Positions 13,292 through 26,019 of a DNA stretch of 64,000 nucleotides are shown here, one piece after another; within the stretch, counting starts at the first letter, position 1; every line of letters starts with the position of its first letter. Where the stretch lies: contig NC_086108.1 in the NCBI RefSeq assembly GCF_963921235.1, forward strand, positions 23,188,001 to 23,252,000, written 5' to 3'. The DNA comes from Mobula hypostoma. Its lineage: Eukaryota. The notes beneath the pieces were generated by a model that was not told where the DNA came from, ran no database searches, and saw only the letters and a list, made by a program, of their open reading frames with translations. The translations under genes were made by a program, and so were the position numbers.

Positions 13292-14356
13292 TTGAATTGA
13301 ATTGACTTTATTTCTTACATCCTTCATATACATGAGGAGTAAAAATCTTTACATTATGCCTCTGTCAGAATGTGCAATTCATTGTAATTTGTAATAAATA
13401 GTATGTACAATAGAACAGTAAATCTAGGATAGAAATACAATTGTATCAATGTGAATTAATCACTCTGATGGCCTGGTGGAAGAAGCTGTCCTGGAGCCGG
13501 TTAATCCTGGCTTTAATGCTGCGGTACTGTTTCCTGGATGGTAGCAGCTGGAACAGTTTGTGGTTCAGGTGACTTGGGTCCCCAATAACCCATTGGGCCC
13601 TTTTTATGCATTTGTCTCTGTAAATATCCTGAATGGTGGTAAGTTCACATCTGCAGATGGGCTGGGCTGTCCGCACCACTCTGTAGAGTCCTGCGATTGA
13701 GGGAAGTACAGTTCCCATACCAGGCAGTGATGCAGCCAATCAGGATGTTGTCAATTGTGCAGTAGAAAGTCCTTAGGATTTGGGGACTCATGCCAAACTT
13801 CTTCAACTGTCTGAGGTGATAGAGGTGCTGTTGTGCTTTTTTCACCACACAGTCGGCCTGTACAGACCACGTGAGATCCTCGATGATGCATATGCCGAGG
13901 AACTTAAAGCTGTTCACCCTCTCAACCCCAGATGCATTGATATCAATAGGGGCTAGCCTGTCTCCCTTCCTCCTGTAGTCCACAACCAGCTCCTTTGTTT
14001 TTGCAACAATGAGAGAGAGGCTGTTTTCTTGACACCACTGTGTCAGGGTGATGACTACTTCTCTGTAGGCTCTCTTGTTATTATTTGAGGTAAGGCCAAT
14101 CAATGTAGTGTCGTCAGTAAATTTAATTAGCAGGTTTGAGCTGTGGGTGCGACACAGTCATGGGTCTACAGAGAGTAAAGGAGGGGGCTTTTACATTTAA
14201 CATTTAACTGTCATTCATTCTTTGGGGACACTCATCCGTTTTCGTGGATGGTTGCAAAGAAAAATCATTTCAGGATGTATATTGTATACATTTCTTTGAC
14301 ATTAAATGTACCTTTGAAACCTTAGGACACAGCCCTGAGGGGCTCCTGTGTTGAGC
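13292..14356 (-). mobile_element. Rex1/Babar-type LINE 3' fragment, with a nested ~130-bp LINE tail (14191-14320, +)
   Basis: RT C-terminus WCQENSLSL...KTKELVVDYR...FKFLG...CITAWYGN. (caatt)n tail after aataaa. Host sequence gggggctt resumes as aggacacagccctgagg (PQGCV) after the insert. Confidence 0.85.
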
Positions 14357-14539
14357 ACCAACACTAAGGTGAGCACTAACACTAGGGTGAGCACACCCCT
14401 GACATGGTGGAAGGCGTGAATAATGGGTCAAATAGACAAGAGAAGTGGCATCCTGTGCAGGTTGTGCGTGAAGCAGCAAGAAGGCAGCAAATAGGGTAGA
14501 GCACGGCAGTTGAGAGAGCAATGAGATCTATGGCATTTG

Positions 14540-14850
14540 TGCCCCCACCACCTCCCTCCCTTTCTTTCATGGCCCACTCTCCTGTCCTATCAGAATTTTT
14601 CTTCAGCTCTACATTTTCCACCTATCTCCTCCCAGCGTCTTACTTTGTCCCCAATGCCCCACCCACCTTCCCTCTCGCCTGACTTCACCTATGACCTGCC
14701 AGCCTGTGCTCCTCCCCTCCCCCACCTTCTTATCTTGGCTTCTTATCTTTTGGTCTTGGTGAGGGACTTGGTCCAAAACATCAACAGTTTATTTCTCTCC
14801 ATTGATGCTGCCTGACTTGCTGGTTTCCTCCAGTATTTTGTGTGTGAAGA
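14540..14850 (+). mobile_element. Penelope-like 3' UTR fragment with degenerate hammerhead
   Basis: Pyrimidine-rich UTR, then cttggtgagggacttggtccaaaacatcaac...gatgctgcctgacttgctg. Confidence 0.7.
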
Positions 14851-16464
14851 CTGGGTGGTGCCTGCCTGTGCAGGCCTGACAGAATCTGGAGGAATAAACG
14901 CTGGTGGAATTCTATACGTCAAGTAGCGTCTGTGGAGGGAAATGGACAGTCATCATGAAGGGCTAGCTGTCCATTTCCCTTCACAAATGCCAAGTGACTC
15001 ACTGAGTTCCGCCAGCAGTTTTTTTTGTTCTTGGCCTGAGTATCAGAGTATCAGATGGATGGATGCAGATTCAAACCCCTGCATCTCCAGTACTTTAAAT
15101 TCTAACTTTATTTCCCACACTCAACCAGCATCATGATCCAGTTTAATGAAAACTTGTCCTATGCTGGGCATTGGGCATCTTTCATACAGGGTGCTCAGTG
15201 AGTGGAGTAATTTTATATTTTCAGTCCTGGCTAGTTTACAATAGGAGTCCAGAAGGCTGCAACTTGCCCAAATGGGAGATGAGGAGCTGTTCCTTGAACT
15301 TGTGTGCAGTCACGTAATAGCAAAGTACCTTATTACTGGTTTGAAATCTAGTAGTGAACTGATATTTGTATTTGAATGTACAGTACCTTCTTGTGCTTCC
15401 AGTTTAAGAGCAAAAGTTACCTCTTAGTGTCCCTATAGTATAAGAATTGCTTTTCATTATGTACTTGGTAAGTTCATTCAGATCTATTTAACACAGCTAC
15501 ATTGTGCAGATATGAACCAACACCTATAAAGACTGGAAGTTTGTTAGCAGCATTTATACTTTGTTTGCAGAACATATCCGATACATCTCAAAAACCTAAG
15601 CTTAGGGGAAGAGAGGGGGAGCACCCTTCAGAAGCAGGAATGTAATTAAGAGTGTTCTGTCATACTAAAGTGCTCTCTGAAGGTGAAATTGCAGATATGT
15701 AATGTTTTTAAGATTAATGAATACAGTTCTCTTTTATGCTAATTATATGGATCCAGTGCATAATGTACTGTAACATTGGTATTTCTAATGGGATATATTG
15801 GTGGTGGTAATAGAATGGGTGTTAGATTGATGTAGTCATTATCTTTGTAAGATAACCTGCCTGCTACTGTGGAAGTGAGAAATTCTCTGGGTCATTAAAT
15901 ATAAAATTGTGGGTATTGGTGATGACAATTCTGGCTTGGCATTTAGAGCTGTTAATATTTTTCAGTACCAGTACGTGGAATGAACAGTTGGTTGACAAAT
16001 GAATTACAGTAGGAACACTGCCCAAATCACATAAAGTGGTAATATGATGTGAGAGGTTCCACAAGCACACTGTCAGTTCAGTTTTTCTGTGGGTTTTGAT
16101 CACAAGTTTTGAACAATTGTGTGTTTGGTAAATACTGAAATAATTTCATTACATTCATTGTTTGGTTGGTAGCGTCTTTTTTATAGTTACTCATGGGATG
16201 TTCACATGTTCTCCATCTCAGTTGTCCTTGAATGGATGGAACGCTTTGAGACAGTTAATGTATAAGCACAGAGTTTAGCAGACTAGGGGAATGAGAAACT
16301 CTGATTATACATGAAAAGTCAAGTGAAAGGAAGGAAGACAATCTTATGACAAGACAACATCTTCATGGTCAGTGAAGTACTTCTGAAATGCAGTGGCATT
16401 TGTGATGTGGGATATTGCTGAAGCCAATTTACTCTAAGATTCTGCAAATATTAATAGGACAATA

Positions 16465-16731
16465 TCGCAAAAACAAAGGAGCTGGTTGTGGATTACAGGA
16501 GGAATGGAGACCGGCTAACCCCTATTGACATCAATGGATCTGTGGTTGAGAGGGAAAACAGCTTTAAGTTCCTCGGCATACACATCACCGAGGATCTCAT
16601 GTGGTCTGTACACACCAGTTGTGTGGTGATAAAAAGCACAACAGCGCCTCTTTCACCTCAGATGGTTGAAGAAGTTTAGTAGGGGCACAATTGAGAGCAT
16701 CCTGACTGGCTGCATCACTGCCTGGTGTGGG
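16465..16731 (+). mobile_element. Rex1/Babar-type RT fragment fused to the 5' end of the Penelope-like element
   Basis: KTKELVVDYRRNGDRLTPIDING...FKFLGIHI...ESILTGCITAW. Very similar to the reverse complement of 13715-14005, with a ~30-bp internal deletion. Confidence 0.88.
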
Positions 16732-17262
16732 CCCCGTCCCTCTCTCTGCCACCAATCTGGGACTCACTCTCCACCATCTGCCAGGGACCTCTCCTACACT
16801 TCATTCTCCGTCGGATTCACACCTCCAAGAAGGACAACAAGCTCGCCCACCTGGAGCCCACGACGACAACTGGCTCCAGCCTGGACCAAAACCCCTCGGA
16901 CCGCTCTTACTGCTGCTGGGTCCTACCGCCCATCTTATTCTCCCACTACCCTCTTTCCTCCCATTGACTCCCAAACATCCCTCTATCCCTCATCGTCCAT
17001 CCATTCCTCTGATTCCCCATCCTCTCCCTCCTGAGACCACCCAGTCTTCACCCTCCTCCAACCCCAGCCCCAACCATTGCCATGTCTTCACCATCCCTGC
17101 TGACCTTCCTCTCTCTGAGGCAGAACATTCTGTCCTTAGCAAGGGCCTCACTTTTGTCCCCCTCCGTCCACACCTCAGTGAGTTCCGTGCCCGCCATGAT
17201 GTTGAACTCTTCTTCCGTCGCCTACGTCTCCGAGCCTGCTTCTTTGGCAAGGATTCCCTCCC

Positions 17263-19260
17263 CCTACTGATGACCCCTTCTCCTGTCTTCAACCCTCCTC
17301 CTCCTCCTGGACACCCCGCCCGGGCCTTCTACCTGCACTCGATCTCTTCATCTCCAACTGTCACCGAGACATCAACCGTCTCAACTTCACCACTCCTCTC
17401 TCCTGTTCCAACCTCACTCCCTCTGAACGCACTGCCCTCCACTCTCTCCGCACTAATCCAAACCTCACCATCAAACCTGCTGACAAAGGTGGTGCCGTAG
17501 TAGTCTGGCGGACGGACCTCTACCTCACTGAGGCCAAACGGCAGCTCTCTGACACCTCCTCTTACTTACCCCTGGAACAGGACCCCACCAAAAAACATCA
17601 AACCATTGTCTCCCGCACAATCACCGCCCTTATCAACTCCGGAGACCTTCCATCCTCAGCCGCTAAACTCATTATTCCCACACCCCGTACCGCTCGGTTT
17701 TACCTCCTCCCAAAGATACACAAGCCTGACTGTCCTGGCAGACCCATGGTTTCCGCCTGCTCCTGTCCCACTGAACTTGTATCTGCCTACCTGGACTCCA
17801 TTTTATCACCCATAGTTCAGTCTCTCCCCACCTCCATCCGGGATACATCCCATGCCCTCCACCTCTTCAATAACTTCCAGTTCCCCGGTCCCAACTGCTT
17901 CATTTTTACTATGGATGTCCAATCCTTATACACCTCCATTCACCATCAAGAAGGCCTTAAAGCCCTCCGCTACTTCCTGGATAATAGACCTCACCAGTTC
18001 TCCACCACCACTACCAACCTCCGGTTGGCGGAACTGGTTCTCACACTTAATAACTTCTCTTTTGGCTCTTCCTACTTCCTTCAGACTAAAGGTGTAGCTA
18101 TGGGAACTCGCATGGGACCCAGCTACGCCTGCCTCTTCGTTGGTTATGTGGAACAGTGTGTGCTCCAAACCTATTCTGGTACTGCTCCCCAACTTTTCCT
18201 TCGATACATTGACGACTACATTGGTGATGCTTCCTGCACCCATGCTGAGCTCGTCAATTTCATCGACTTTACTTCAAACTTCCACCCAGCCCTCAAATTC
18301 ACTTGGTCTATCTCTGACACTTCTCTCCCCTTTCTCGATGACTCGGTCTCCATCTCTGGAGACAGACTGTCCACTGACATCTTCTACAAGCCCACTGACT
18401 CTCAAAACTACCTCAACTATACCTCTTCCCACTCCGCCACATGCAAAAATGCCATTCCCTATTCCCAGTTCCTCCGTCTCCGCCGCATCTGCTCCCAGGA
18501 TGAGGCTTTCTGTTCCAGGACATCTCAAATGTCCTCTTTCTTTAAGGATTGTAGTTTCCCTTCTACGGTGATCAATAATGCCCTCACCCACATCTCCTCC
18601 ATTTCCTGCACTTCGGCCCTCACCCCGTCTTCCCACCACCACAACAGGGACAGGGTTCCCCTTGTCCTCACCTACCCCCCCTCCAGCCTCTGGATCCAGC
18701 ACATTATCCTCCACAACTTCCGCCGCCTTCAACAGGACCCCACCACTAAGCACATCTTTCCCTCTCCACCCCTCTCCACTTTCCACAGGGATCGATCCCT
18801 CTGCGACTCACTTATCCGCACGTCCATCCCCACGGATCTCCCACCCGGCACTTATCCCTGTAAGCGTAAGTGCTACACCTGTCCCTACACCTCCTCTCTT
18901 GCCACCATTCAGGGCCCCAAACAGTCCTTCCAGGTGAGGCAACACTTCACTTGCGAATCTGTTGGGGTCATCTATTGCATTCGGTGCTCCCGGTGTGGCC
19001 TCCTCTACATCGGTGAAACCCGACGCAGATTGGGGAACCGCTTCGTCGAGCACCTCCACTCCGTCCGCCACAACAGACAGGATCTCCCGGTAGCCATCCA
19101 CTTCAACTCTGCTTCCCATTCCCATTCAGATATGTCCATACATGGCCTCCTCTACTGCCATGATGAGGCTAAACTCAGGTTGGAGGAGCAACACCTCATA
19201 TACCATCTAGGTACTCTCCAGCCCCTTGGTATGAACATAGAATTCTCCAACTTCCGGTAA
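17263..19260 (+). pseudogene. Penelope-like RT/GIY-YIG open frame (about 665 codons), N-terminus frameshifted
   Basis: Same frame at 17461 (NLTIKPADKG) as the listed ORF from 17746. The upstream part lies in ORF 16727-17500. Confidence 0.85.
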
Positions 19261-19446
19261 TTCCCTCCCCCTCCCTTCCTCTATCTCTATTTCACATCAC
19301 CTCCCTCATAGTTCCGCCTCCTCCTACTGCGCATTGTTCTCCTGCCAATGACCTCCCTGCTTCCCCTCCCCCACCCCTTTGTCTTTCAAATTACTGTATT
19401 TTTCAGCTACCAGCATTCTTCAAACCCTCCCCAAAGTTCTTCCTTC

Positions 19447-19482
19447 AGTCCTGACGAAGGGTTTCGGCCCGAAATGTCGACT
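19447..19482 (+). ncRNA. Minimal type I hammerhead ribozyme motif
   Basis: AGUC-CUGACGA-A-GGGU(UUCG)GCCC-GAAA-UGUC^GACU. Stem I is AGUC/GACU, stem II has a UUCG loop, core nucleotides are conserved, and the predicted cleavage is after C19478. Confidence 0.85.
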
Positions 19483-19944
19483 AATCTTTTCAACTGATGC
19501 TGACTGACCTGCTGAGTTCCTCCAGCGCATTGTGAGTGTTCCTTTGACAACAGTATCTGCAGATTATTTTGTGTTTAATAGGACAATAACCAGATACTCT
19601 GCTTTTGTGATGCCGATTAAGGGATGAATACATACTAGGATGCAGAGTAACTGTTCTGCTCCCAGTATGTACAAATGTTTGTATTAAGAACACCCTTAAC
19701 TACATTCCTGCTCTGCTCTTATTAAATATTTTACATTTATTGATGGTTCTAACAAGTCATCTGAAAGATGTTGCTTCTGACAGCACATTTCCCTAACAAT
19801 ATCACACTATCTAGGTTACTTCTCAAGAGTTGAACCTACAAGCTGTTGACACAGATTCTGAAACAACGTTGGTGCTTTGAAACGCCAGTGAATTGAACCA
19901 AGCATTAGCAGTAGGAAATAATTGCTCAGAAGTACAAACACTTG

Positions 19945-20115
19945 GTCGGTACAGTGGCATTTCTAGTAGATCTGCCTCACTGCTCCACCAACAGGAGTTC
20001 ACTCCTGACCTCGGGTGCTATTTGTGTGGAGATTTCATGCTCTCCTTACAACTGCATGTCCTTCCTGTGAGTGCTTCAATTCCCTTCCACATCTGAGGGA
20101 TGTGTGCGTTAGTGG
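19945..20115 (+). mobile_element. HE1/V-SINE-like SINE 5' part
   Basis: gagttcactcctgacctcgggtgctatttgtgtggag. Confidence 0.65.
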
Positions 20116-21567
20116 AACGTAGAATATGGAACAGGCCCTTCAGCCCACTATGCAGTACTGAGCTTGGTGCAAATCTAAACTAATCCCATCTACCTGCACA
20201 CAGTCAATATTCCTCTATTCCCTGCTATATTCTCTATTCTAGGTTGATACAAATTGCCCTTAGTGTGTGGGTGAGTGATGCATTTTGGGCAGAGCTGGTA
20301 AGAAAGTGGGGAGAATAAAATGGGACAAGTACAGGATTAGTGCGCATACTGTCAGTGTGTGATGATTGGCATGGTGTTAGTGAGATGAGGGACCTGCTTG
20401 CACTGTGTATCATTGAATGTGAATATGCGTGTATCTGAGAGAGAGAGAGAGAGAACAAACTGCTTATTGTTGTGGAACCAGGGCATGCAGAGAAACCATC
20501 CTCATATATCCAGGTAATAGTGGATGTGGCCAGTGAATGGAGTAGAGGCAAGTGAAGTGGCCTAGCATCATCTGACTCTGGAAAGCTACGAAACGCTAGC
20601 TTAGAATGTTTGTGGGTGAAACAGAAGAATGTAACAGGTCAGTAAAAGATAGATGCAAGGGGCAGGATAATACACACTGATAATGGCACTAAATGGAATC
20701 CCTTGGCCTGTATCCAGGGGCAGGCAAGAGGGAAAAAGCAGGTAGTACAGACCACAAACAGGCTGTGGGTGGAGTGCTGCTTACAATTTTTTTGATGAAA
20801 TAGTACTTATTTGATGAGTATACAACGAAACTTCCAGGGATTGGTGTTTCATTCAATAGGATGCAGGAGTGACTTGACGGAACTCAAATTCTGTAGGCTT
20901 TTGCTGAGGAAGATGTTGAATTACAGGTTTCCATTTGTCGGAAGAAGCCCCTTATTGTACTTATTGTTGTGTTTGTGTTTCCTAAGTCTGGAAGCTGTTC
21001 AGGTTGTAAACAGAATGGAATATTCATTACAACGTCATAAGAGGTCTACAATACAGTAACAGAATGGGATCTTGTGTGTTAACCCTTCCCCACCCTGATC
21101 ACCAGTGCTTCAGTCCTAAACATGTCTTCAACTACCCACCACTCTGGGATAACTCCATGGGAGAGACAAAAACATGGAGGAAAGTTCCCAGCAATTTTTG
21201 GATCAGCAATCTGGAGAACACTCATCGCAATACTGGCAACTTGGTGACTCTGAGCAGTAGAATTACTGGTTAAGTACCTAACAGGTTGACCAAAGTCCTT
21301 GGGTGAAAGCAAATTGCAATCCTTCCTTGGTCAGCCCTGTAGGTGAATTTCATTCCACACCATCACTGTTCAGTCACAATGATATTGAGTTACATTCAAA
21401 CCCACAGCAGAGTGTAACTGGTGATGGTGTCATAAATACTGACTCTAGTGGTGTTCTGCACACCCTGAGAAAGCTATCAAATGCAGCAGTTCTTCTACAT
21501 CTATTATTATACTTTCCTGCACAATCTCCTCCAATCCATTTAATGATTTGTTTTCTTGTTGAAAATG

Positions 21568-21640
21568 ATAATAGAATGCTAATAGAATAAAGAATAAATG
21601 GAATAGAGTAGAATAAATGCTAATAGAATAATAGAATAAA
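21568..21640. repeat. Imperfect (AATAG)n simple repeat
   Basis: aatagaatgctaatagaataaagaataaatggaatagagtagaataaatgctaatagaataatagaataaa. Confidence 0.8.
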
Positions 21641-23479
21641 GGTAAAGCTTTCTATGGATTTGGAGGCCGAGGGAGAGGAGAGCGGACAAGGAGGATTTAA
21701 AGGTGATATGGTACAATGCTGATATTCCACACTCAGTACACTAGGTTTAGTGTGCAGTTTCAGGTGTCCATCGTGAAAAGGATCTGAAGTCATGTAACAC
21801 AAAACCATTGAGGTGAAGCCAAAAGTGAGAGAGTTTTGCATTTTTAACAGATGTGAAAACGTGCCAAGAATCCGATGATTGCATTGTAAACCATGAAAGG
21901 GTAAGAGGAGAAAAAATTACTTTATCCAATCAAAAATCTGTACTGAAATCACAAACTCAGGATTAGTAAATGCAAGAGACCTGAAGGAATGTTTTACATC
22001 TCCATCCAGTTAGATTTTTAGAGAGTGGGGGTTGGGTTTATGGTTTATGAGGCTGATGCATAGAAAAGGCACTGACTTGCTTTAGACAAGTCTCAATATT
22101 GACTTGCTGGTAAGCCCCTGACCCAAATTTAACCAACCTATCCTGTTGTCCTGGCTGTGCATTGTGGAATAAACTATGTGCCGTCACACCCAATAAATGG
22201 AAGAGAATGTGTGGGCTGCTGGTCACTCGTGCCTATGTTTGACAGCTGTGAAGGACTTGGCATGCTTTTCCGAGTAGCCAGCAAGATCACTACTTCAGTG
22301 TTCCGGTGGGAGTTTCTTCTTGACTTACTGGGTGCAGAACTGCCTGTATCTCCCAGTGTGCAACAGTCTGTTTAACTTCACGAGTGATATAGAATAGGGA
22401 GTAGCTGTAACATAATCGAGCAGAAAACACTTGGCTGTAGCACCAGTGGGATTTGAACTCAAGAGTCTGAGGCAAGAGTTCTGCCAATTCAGCCACAATA
22501 CAAATCATCTGCCTCACTTACTATGTTACAATAGTTTATGCTTTTGGAACGGGGGAGAATCTCCTACAAGCCGCAAACCTATCTGGGATATCCTGCCCTG
22601 CTGTAGAAATACAAGTTCTTTTTTTGATTATTTAATTTAACGACAAAACAAACCTGATTTGGACAGCTGCTAAATGGAAATGAGATAGATTACCTTTGGA
22701 GAAACTTGAATCAATTACAAACTGAAGAATGATAACTTGCGATGGAGGCAGTTGGCTGTTGATATTGAGTAATGAGCATGGACACAGTTAGAAAACGTGC
22801 ATTCAATATGACAGGCTACATTTTTGAATAAGATGAAGGGCTCTTTATTTAATATTAATCACAAGTTTTGGATTAATCATATCCCTAACCATTAGTACTT
22901 AAGGGATTCACTGAAGATTGTTCCAAGCAAACTCAAAAAAAAAAGAATTAAAAGTGAGTCAATAAGAATAATATGTAGATGACCTGGAGGTGCAGGGGAT
23001 CTGATTTGGAGGAGCTATGGAAATGTGACAAAAATTGGCTAGAGTGGACAGGCAAAGTCAAACAAAAATGGTGTCTTTGGAAGCGTGCTTACTCTTGATG
23101 GTGGGTAAGGACCTGGTCGTCATTTGTGAGGTGCTCCTGGTGTTGCTGTGTGTGAGGCAAGGTGTGTCCTGACCCTGGCAGTTGCCTGAGCCATCTTTTG
23201 TTTCATCTTGAGATTCCAAGCTGGAGCTTGTTTGAGGGGCTGGATGCAATTGCCCCAAGAGAATGGTCAAAATAATGTACCCAATGTCGTTCTCATTCTA
23301 ATAGCCACTTTTAAGTGTGGCTGAATCAGGCTGTGTATAGAAATGAAGTACATAAAGGCCAAGTGTTACTGTGTACTGAGTTCCTACCTGTCCTAGTGTG
23401 GGCTTGGTCTTGTTGCTGCACAATGGTCCATTCAGTTGGACTTAGTCGCACTATATCTCCTTCATAGAAAAACTATAGA

Positions 23480-24170
23480 AGAATTCCTTTGGGCTCTGTA
23501 GAGGAAAAACACGGTAGCTCCTGTGGGATGGTTTCCCAAGTAGACTGCCAAAATTATTTGGCAGAATGCCTCTTTGTCAGATCTTACCAACATGTAACAA
23601 GTCTTCACTTGGCTTGCTGTGAGAGGAGCCCTCTCTGTCAGATCCTTTGGAATCTCAATACAAATATATTCTGCCCTTGGAACAGTTATGATGCGGAAGG
23701 AACAATAGATCATCTCTGTGAACTGTGCTTTTCTAATGAAGATCTGGAAAAGGGATAGATACAAGGATCCTTGTCACAGTTCATTCCAAGCAGTTGTGTA
23801 ACTGAGGTCTCTCTAATCTGTGGGCTGTGCCCAGTGTGATGCACACTGGTGCAGACATTAAATCCTGCTGGAAAACATCAACTTTGTAAAAGATGCACTT
23901 TGGTCTGCTCAAAAATTGCTGGACTTCAGGCATAAGGAGATGACCATAAATTAATATTGCCAACTGGCACATTCCAAGCTGCAGGCATATTTGTTGAGGA
24001 ATGCACTGATGCCACTGGTCACTGAGCGCTTTTAACAGTCCCTCTAATGCTAAAAGGATGTGTTGTATTGGTACTTTACGAACAGAATGTATTGATTTGA
24101 TTACATTACGATTGACTATATTGTATTTTCTGTATGTATTTTATGAACAAATTTTTTTTGAAATAGAAAA
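23480..24170 (+). mobile_element. Decayed Tx1/L1-clade LINE 3' end
   Basis: Broken peptides WQNAS...WLAVRGALSVRS...VKDALWSAQ, followed by an AT-rich 3' UTR. Confidence 0.6.
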
Positions 24171-25094
24171 ATATAATGTAAATAAAATCAGAAAGTAGTG
24201 GAGATGCTTAGCAAGTAGGGCGGCATCCATGAAGGGAGGAACAGAGTTAACATTTTAGACATATTAAATAAAATATTATAATTTTTTTAATGTGAGCTCC
24301 CTCCAATCAAACTGCTTTGCTTTCCCTTACCAGCCATCAAATAGGGCCATCTCACCTAGTCTGCAAACCTGGGGACCTTAGTTGGTGTGGAATAAGATTC
24401 TGCTTAGTTGGGGGACAGTTTGCAAGAGGGCTGGATGTGAGTTGTGAGTGAACAAAAGATGTCGCTAAACCTAACTTGTCTTCAAGTAAGGTATGGGAAG
24501 AAATCCTTCTTGAGGATAGAAATTTCTGCGATTCTCAATATTAAACATAAGCTTGAAACTTCACTGCAGTGTAAGGTACATTAGGATCATCATTCTAACC
24601 TCACTGAGCTCTAACTGCTTATCTTCCTCTATTCCACTGCAGAACATGCTGGTTGCTTATTATATCCCAGTTCACTAAGTGCTCTCTGCTTCATTCAATT
24701 CTCTTCTGTTTTTTTTAGTGTAAAGCAAACTAAAACCCTCATTACAGCCAACATGCTATGCATGATTTAACTCCTTTAGGTATAAACAGCCACTGCCTTT
24801 CATCATGCATTTAGGTGCCTCACAAGAAGCTTGCAAGGGTGCAGAATGAATGTACACATGGGGCAATCTGAGAGGAAAGTCAAGCTGAAATCTCACCATA
24901 TGTATATATTATTGTCACTGAGGTATTTCTCTGATTCAACATCTATATGTATTTATTACTGTGTATGCCACTATTAATACAGTTCTCAGTAATCAGTATT
25001 AAGTGATTCAGTGAGGAGAGGAACACTGTAATGTTTCTGGTACATTGAACAAAAGCTTTCAGTTCTTATAATTCCATCCCCCCCACCGCCCCCG

Positions 25095-25725
25095 AATCAG
25101 AAAATCAAAAAAAAATCAAATGCTGGAAATCTACAACAAAACAAAATGTCAAATAAGGTGGATATACTCAGCTGATTGGGTCATATCTGTGAGGTAGAGA
25201 TAATGTTTTAGCTCAAGGGTCCTTCCAAACTGGGAAGGAGACAAAAGAAGCTCATTAACTGCAAGGAGGGTGGGATAGGGGGAATACCTCTGATTGGGAA
25301 AAACTGCGATGACCATGGACATTAGCTATAAACACGGTTTTCTAGTCAGTGCAAACACTTAGGGAATGAGAATGTGGGAGTTGCAAAATTTGGAGCAGGA
25401 ACGTGTTCCCAGAAGGTCAGGCTAGGCATGTCCTTCAATGTCAGACATTTAAAAAAAAGAGGAATTAAGAGGAAAGAAACAAGAAAGCTGAGCCAATATC
25501 ACAGATGGATGACTGATCCAGACAGAGAAACCAAGTTACCTGATGCTGTTGAACTCTAAAGTCCAGAAGGATGAGGTGCTGTTCCACAGGCTTGAATTGG
25601 ATTTTATTGTAACGGTTCAGTAGAGCACAAATCAATAGATCAGAGGGTCTGTTGGATGGAGAATTTAGGTGGCAGGCGATGGGAAGCTCATGGTCGTCCC
25701 TGGAGAACGAACACTGGTGTTCCAT
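25095..25725 (-). mobile_element. Decayed Penelope-like 3' fragment
   Basis: ELPIACHLNSPS...VEQHLIL parallels LPVAIHFNSAS...LEEQHLIY of the 19080-19200 copy. The terminal atgctggaaatct motif is present. Confidence 0.7.
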
Positions 25726-26019
25726 GAAGTTCTTATTCAGAGAGTGGTGGAGTCATTGACAGCAATTAAGAGGAATCTAGACAAGCACCTGAATGACTCA
25801 GGTATAGGAGGATGTGAACCATATACCAGAAGGTGAGATTAATACAGATGGGAACCCACTGGTCAGTGTGGATGTAGTGGGCTGAATAGCCTTTATCTAT
25901 GCTATATGATTCCATAATTAATCAAAAGGCCTGAAATTTGGAGATTCTGAGTTCTAGAGAAGAACTGGTGTTTGAAAATTTGAATTCAATTCGGGGAAAT
26001 TCAGAAAATGTTGTTATCT

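Larger units (their letters stand above)
16732..19574 (+). mobile_element. Penelope-like retroelement (RT + GIY-YIG endonuclease, probably Neptune clade), 5'-truncated
   Basis: Motifs LSKGLTFVP, IKPADKGGAVV, FYLLPKIHK, MDVQSLYT, GVAMGTRMGP, RYIDD, a Cys linker CKRKCYTC, and VIYCIRCSRCGLLYIGET. The frame of ORF 17746-19260 extends upstream to a frameshift near 17260. The 3' UTR carries a hammerhead. Confidence 0.95.
16330..19900 (-). mobile_element. Ancient Deu-domain-like SINE split by the Rex/Penelope insertion (pieces about 16330-16464 and 19575-19900)
   Basis: gaagtacttctgaaatgcagt...caataaccagata...gtgatgccgattaagggatgaata...catctgaaagatg..tctgacagc resembles the AmnSINE1/SacSINE1 Deu domain as recalled. 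Similar pieces lie at about 32260-32470, 45560-45740 and 46480-46760. Confidence 0.55.

Noticed and set aside
17746..19260. Retron, group II intron or telomerase RT
   Set aside because: The C-terminal GIY-YIG domain, the KPADKG and LPKIHK motifs and the hammerhead terminus identify a Penelope-like element.
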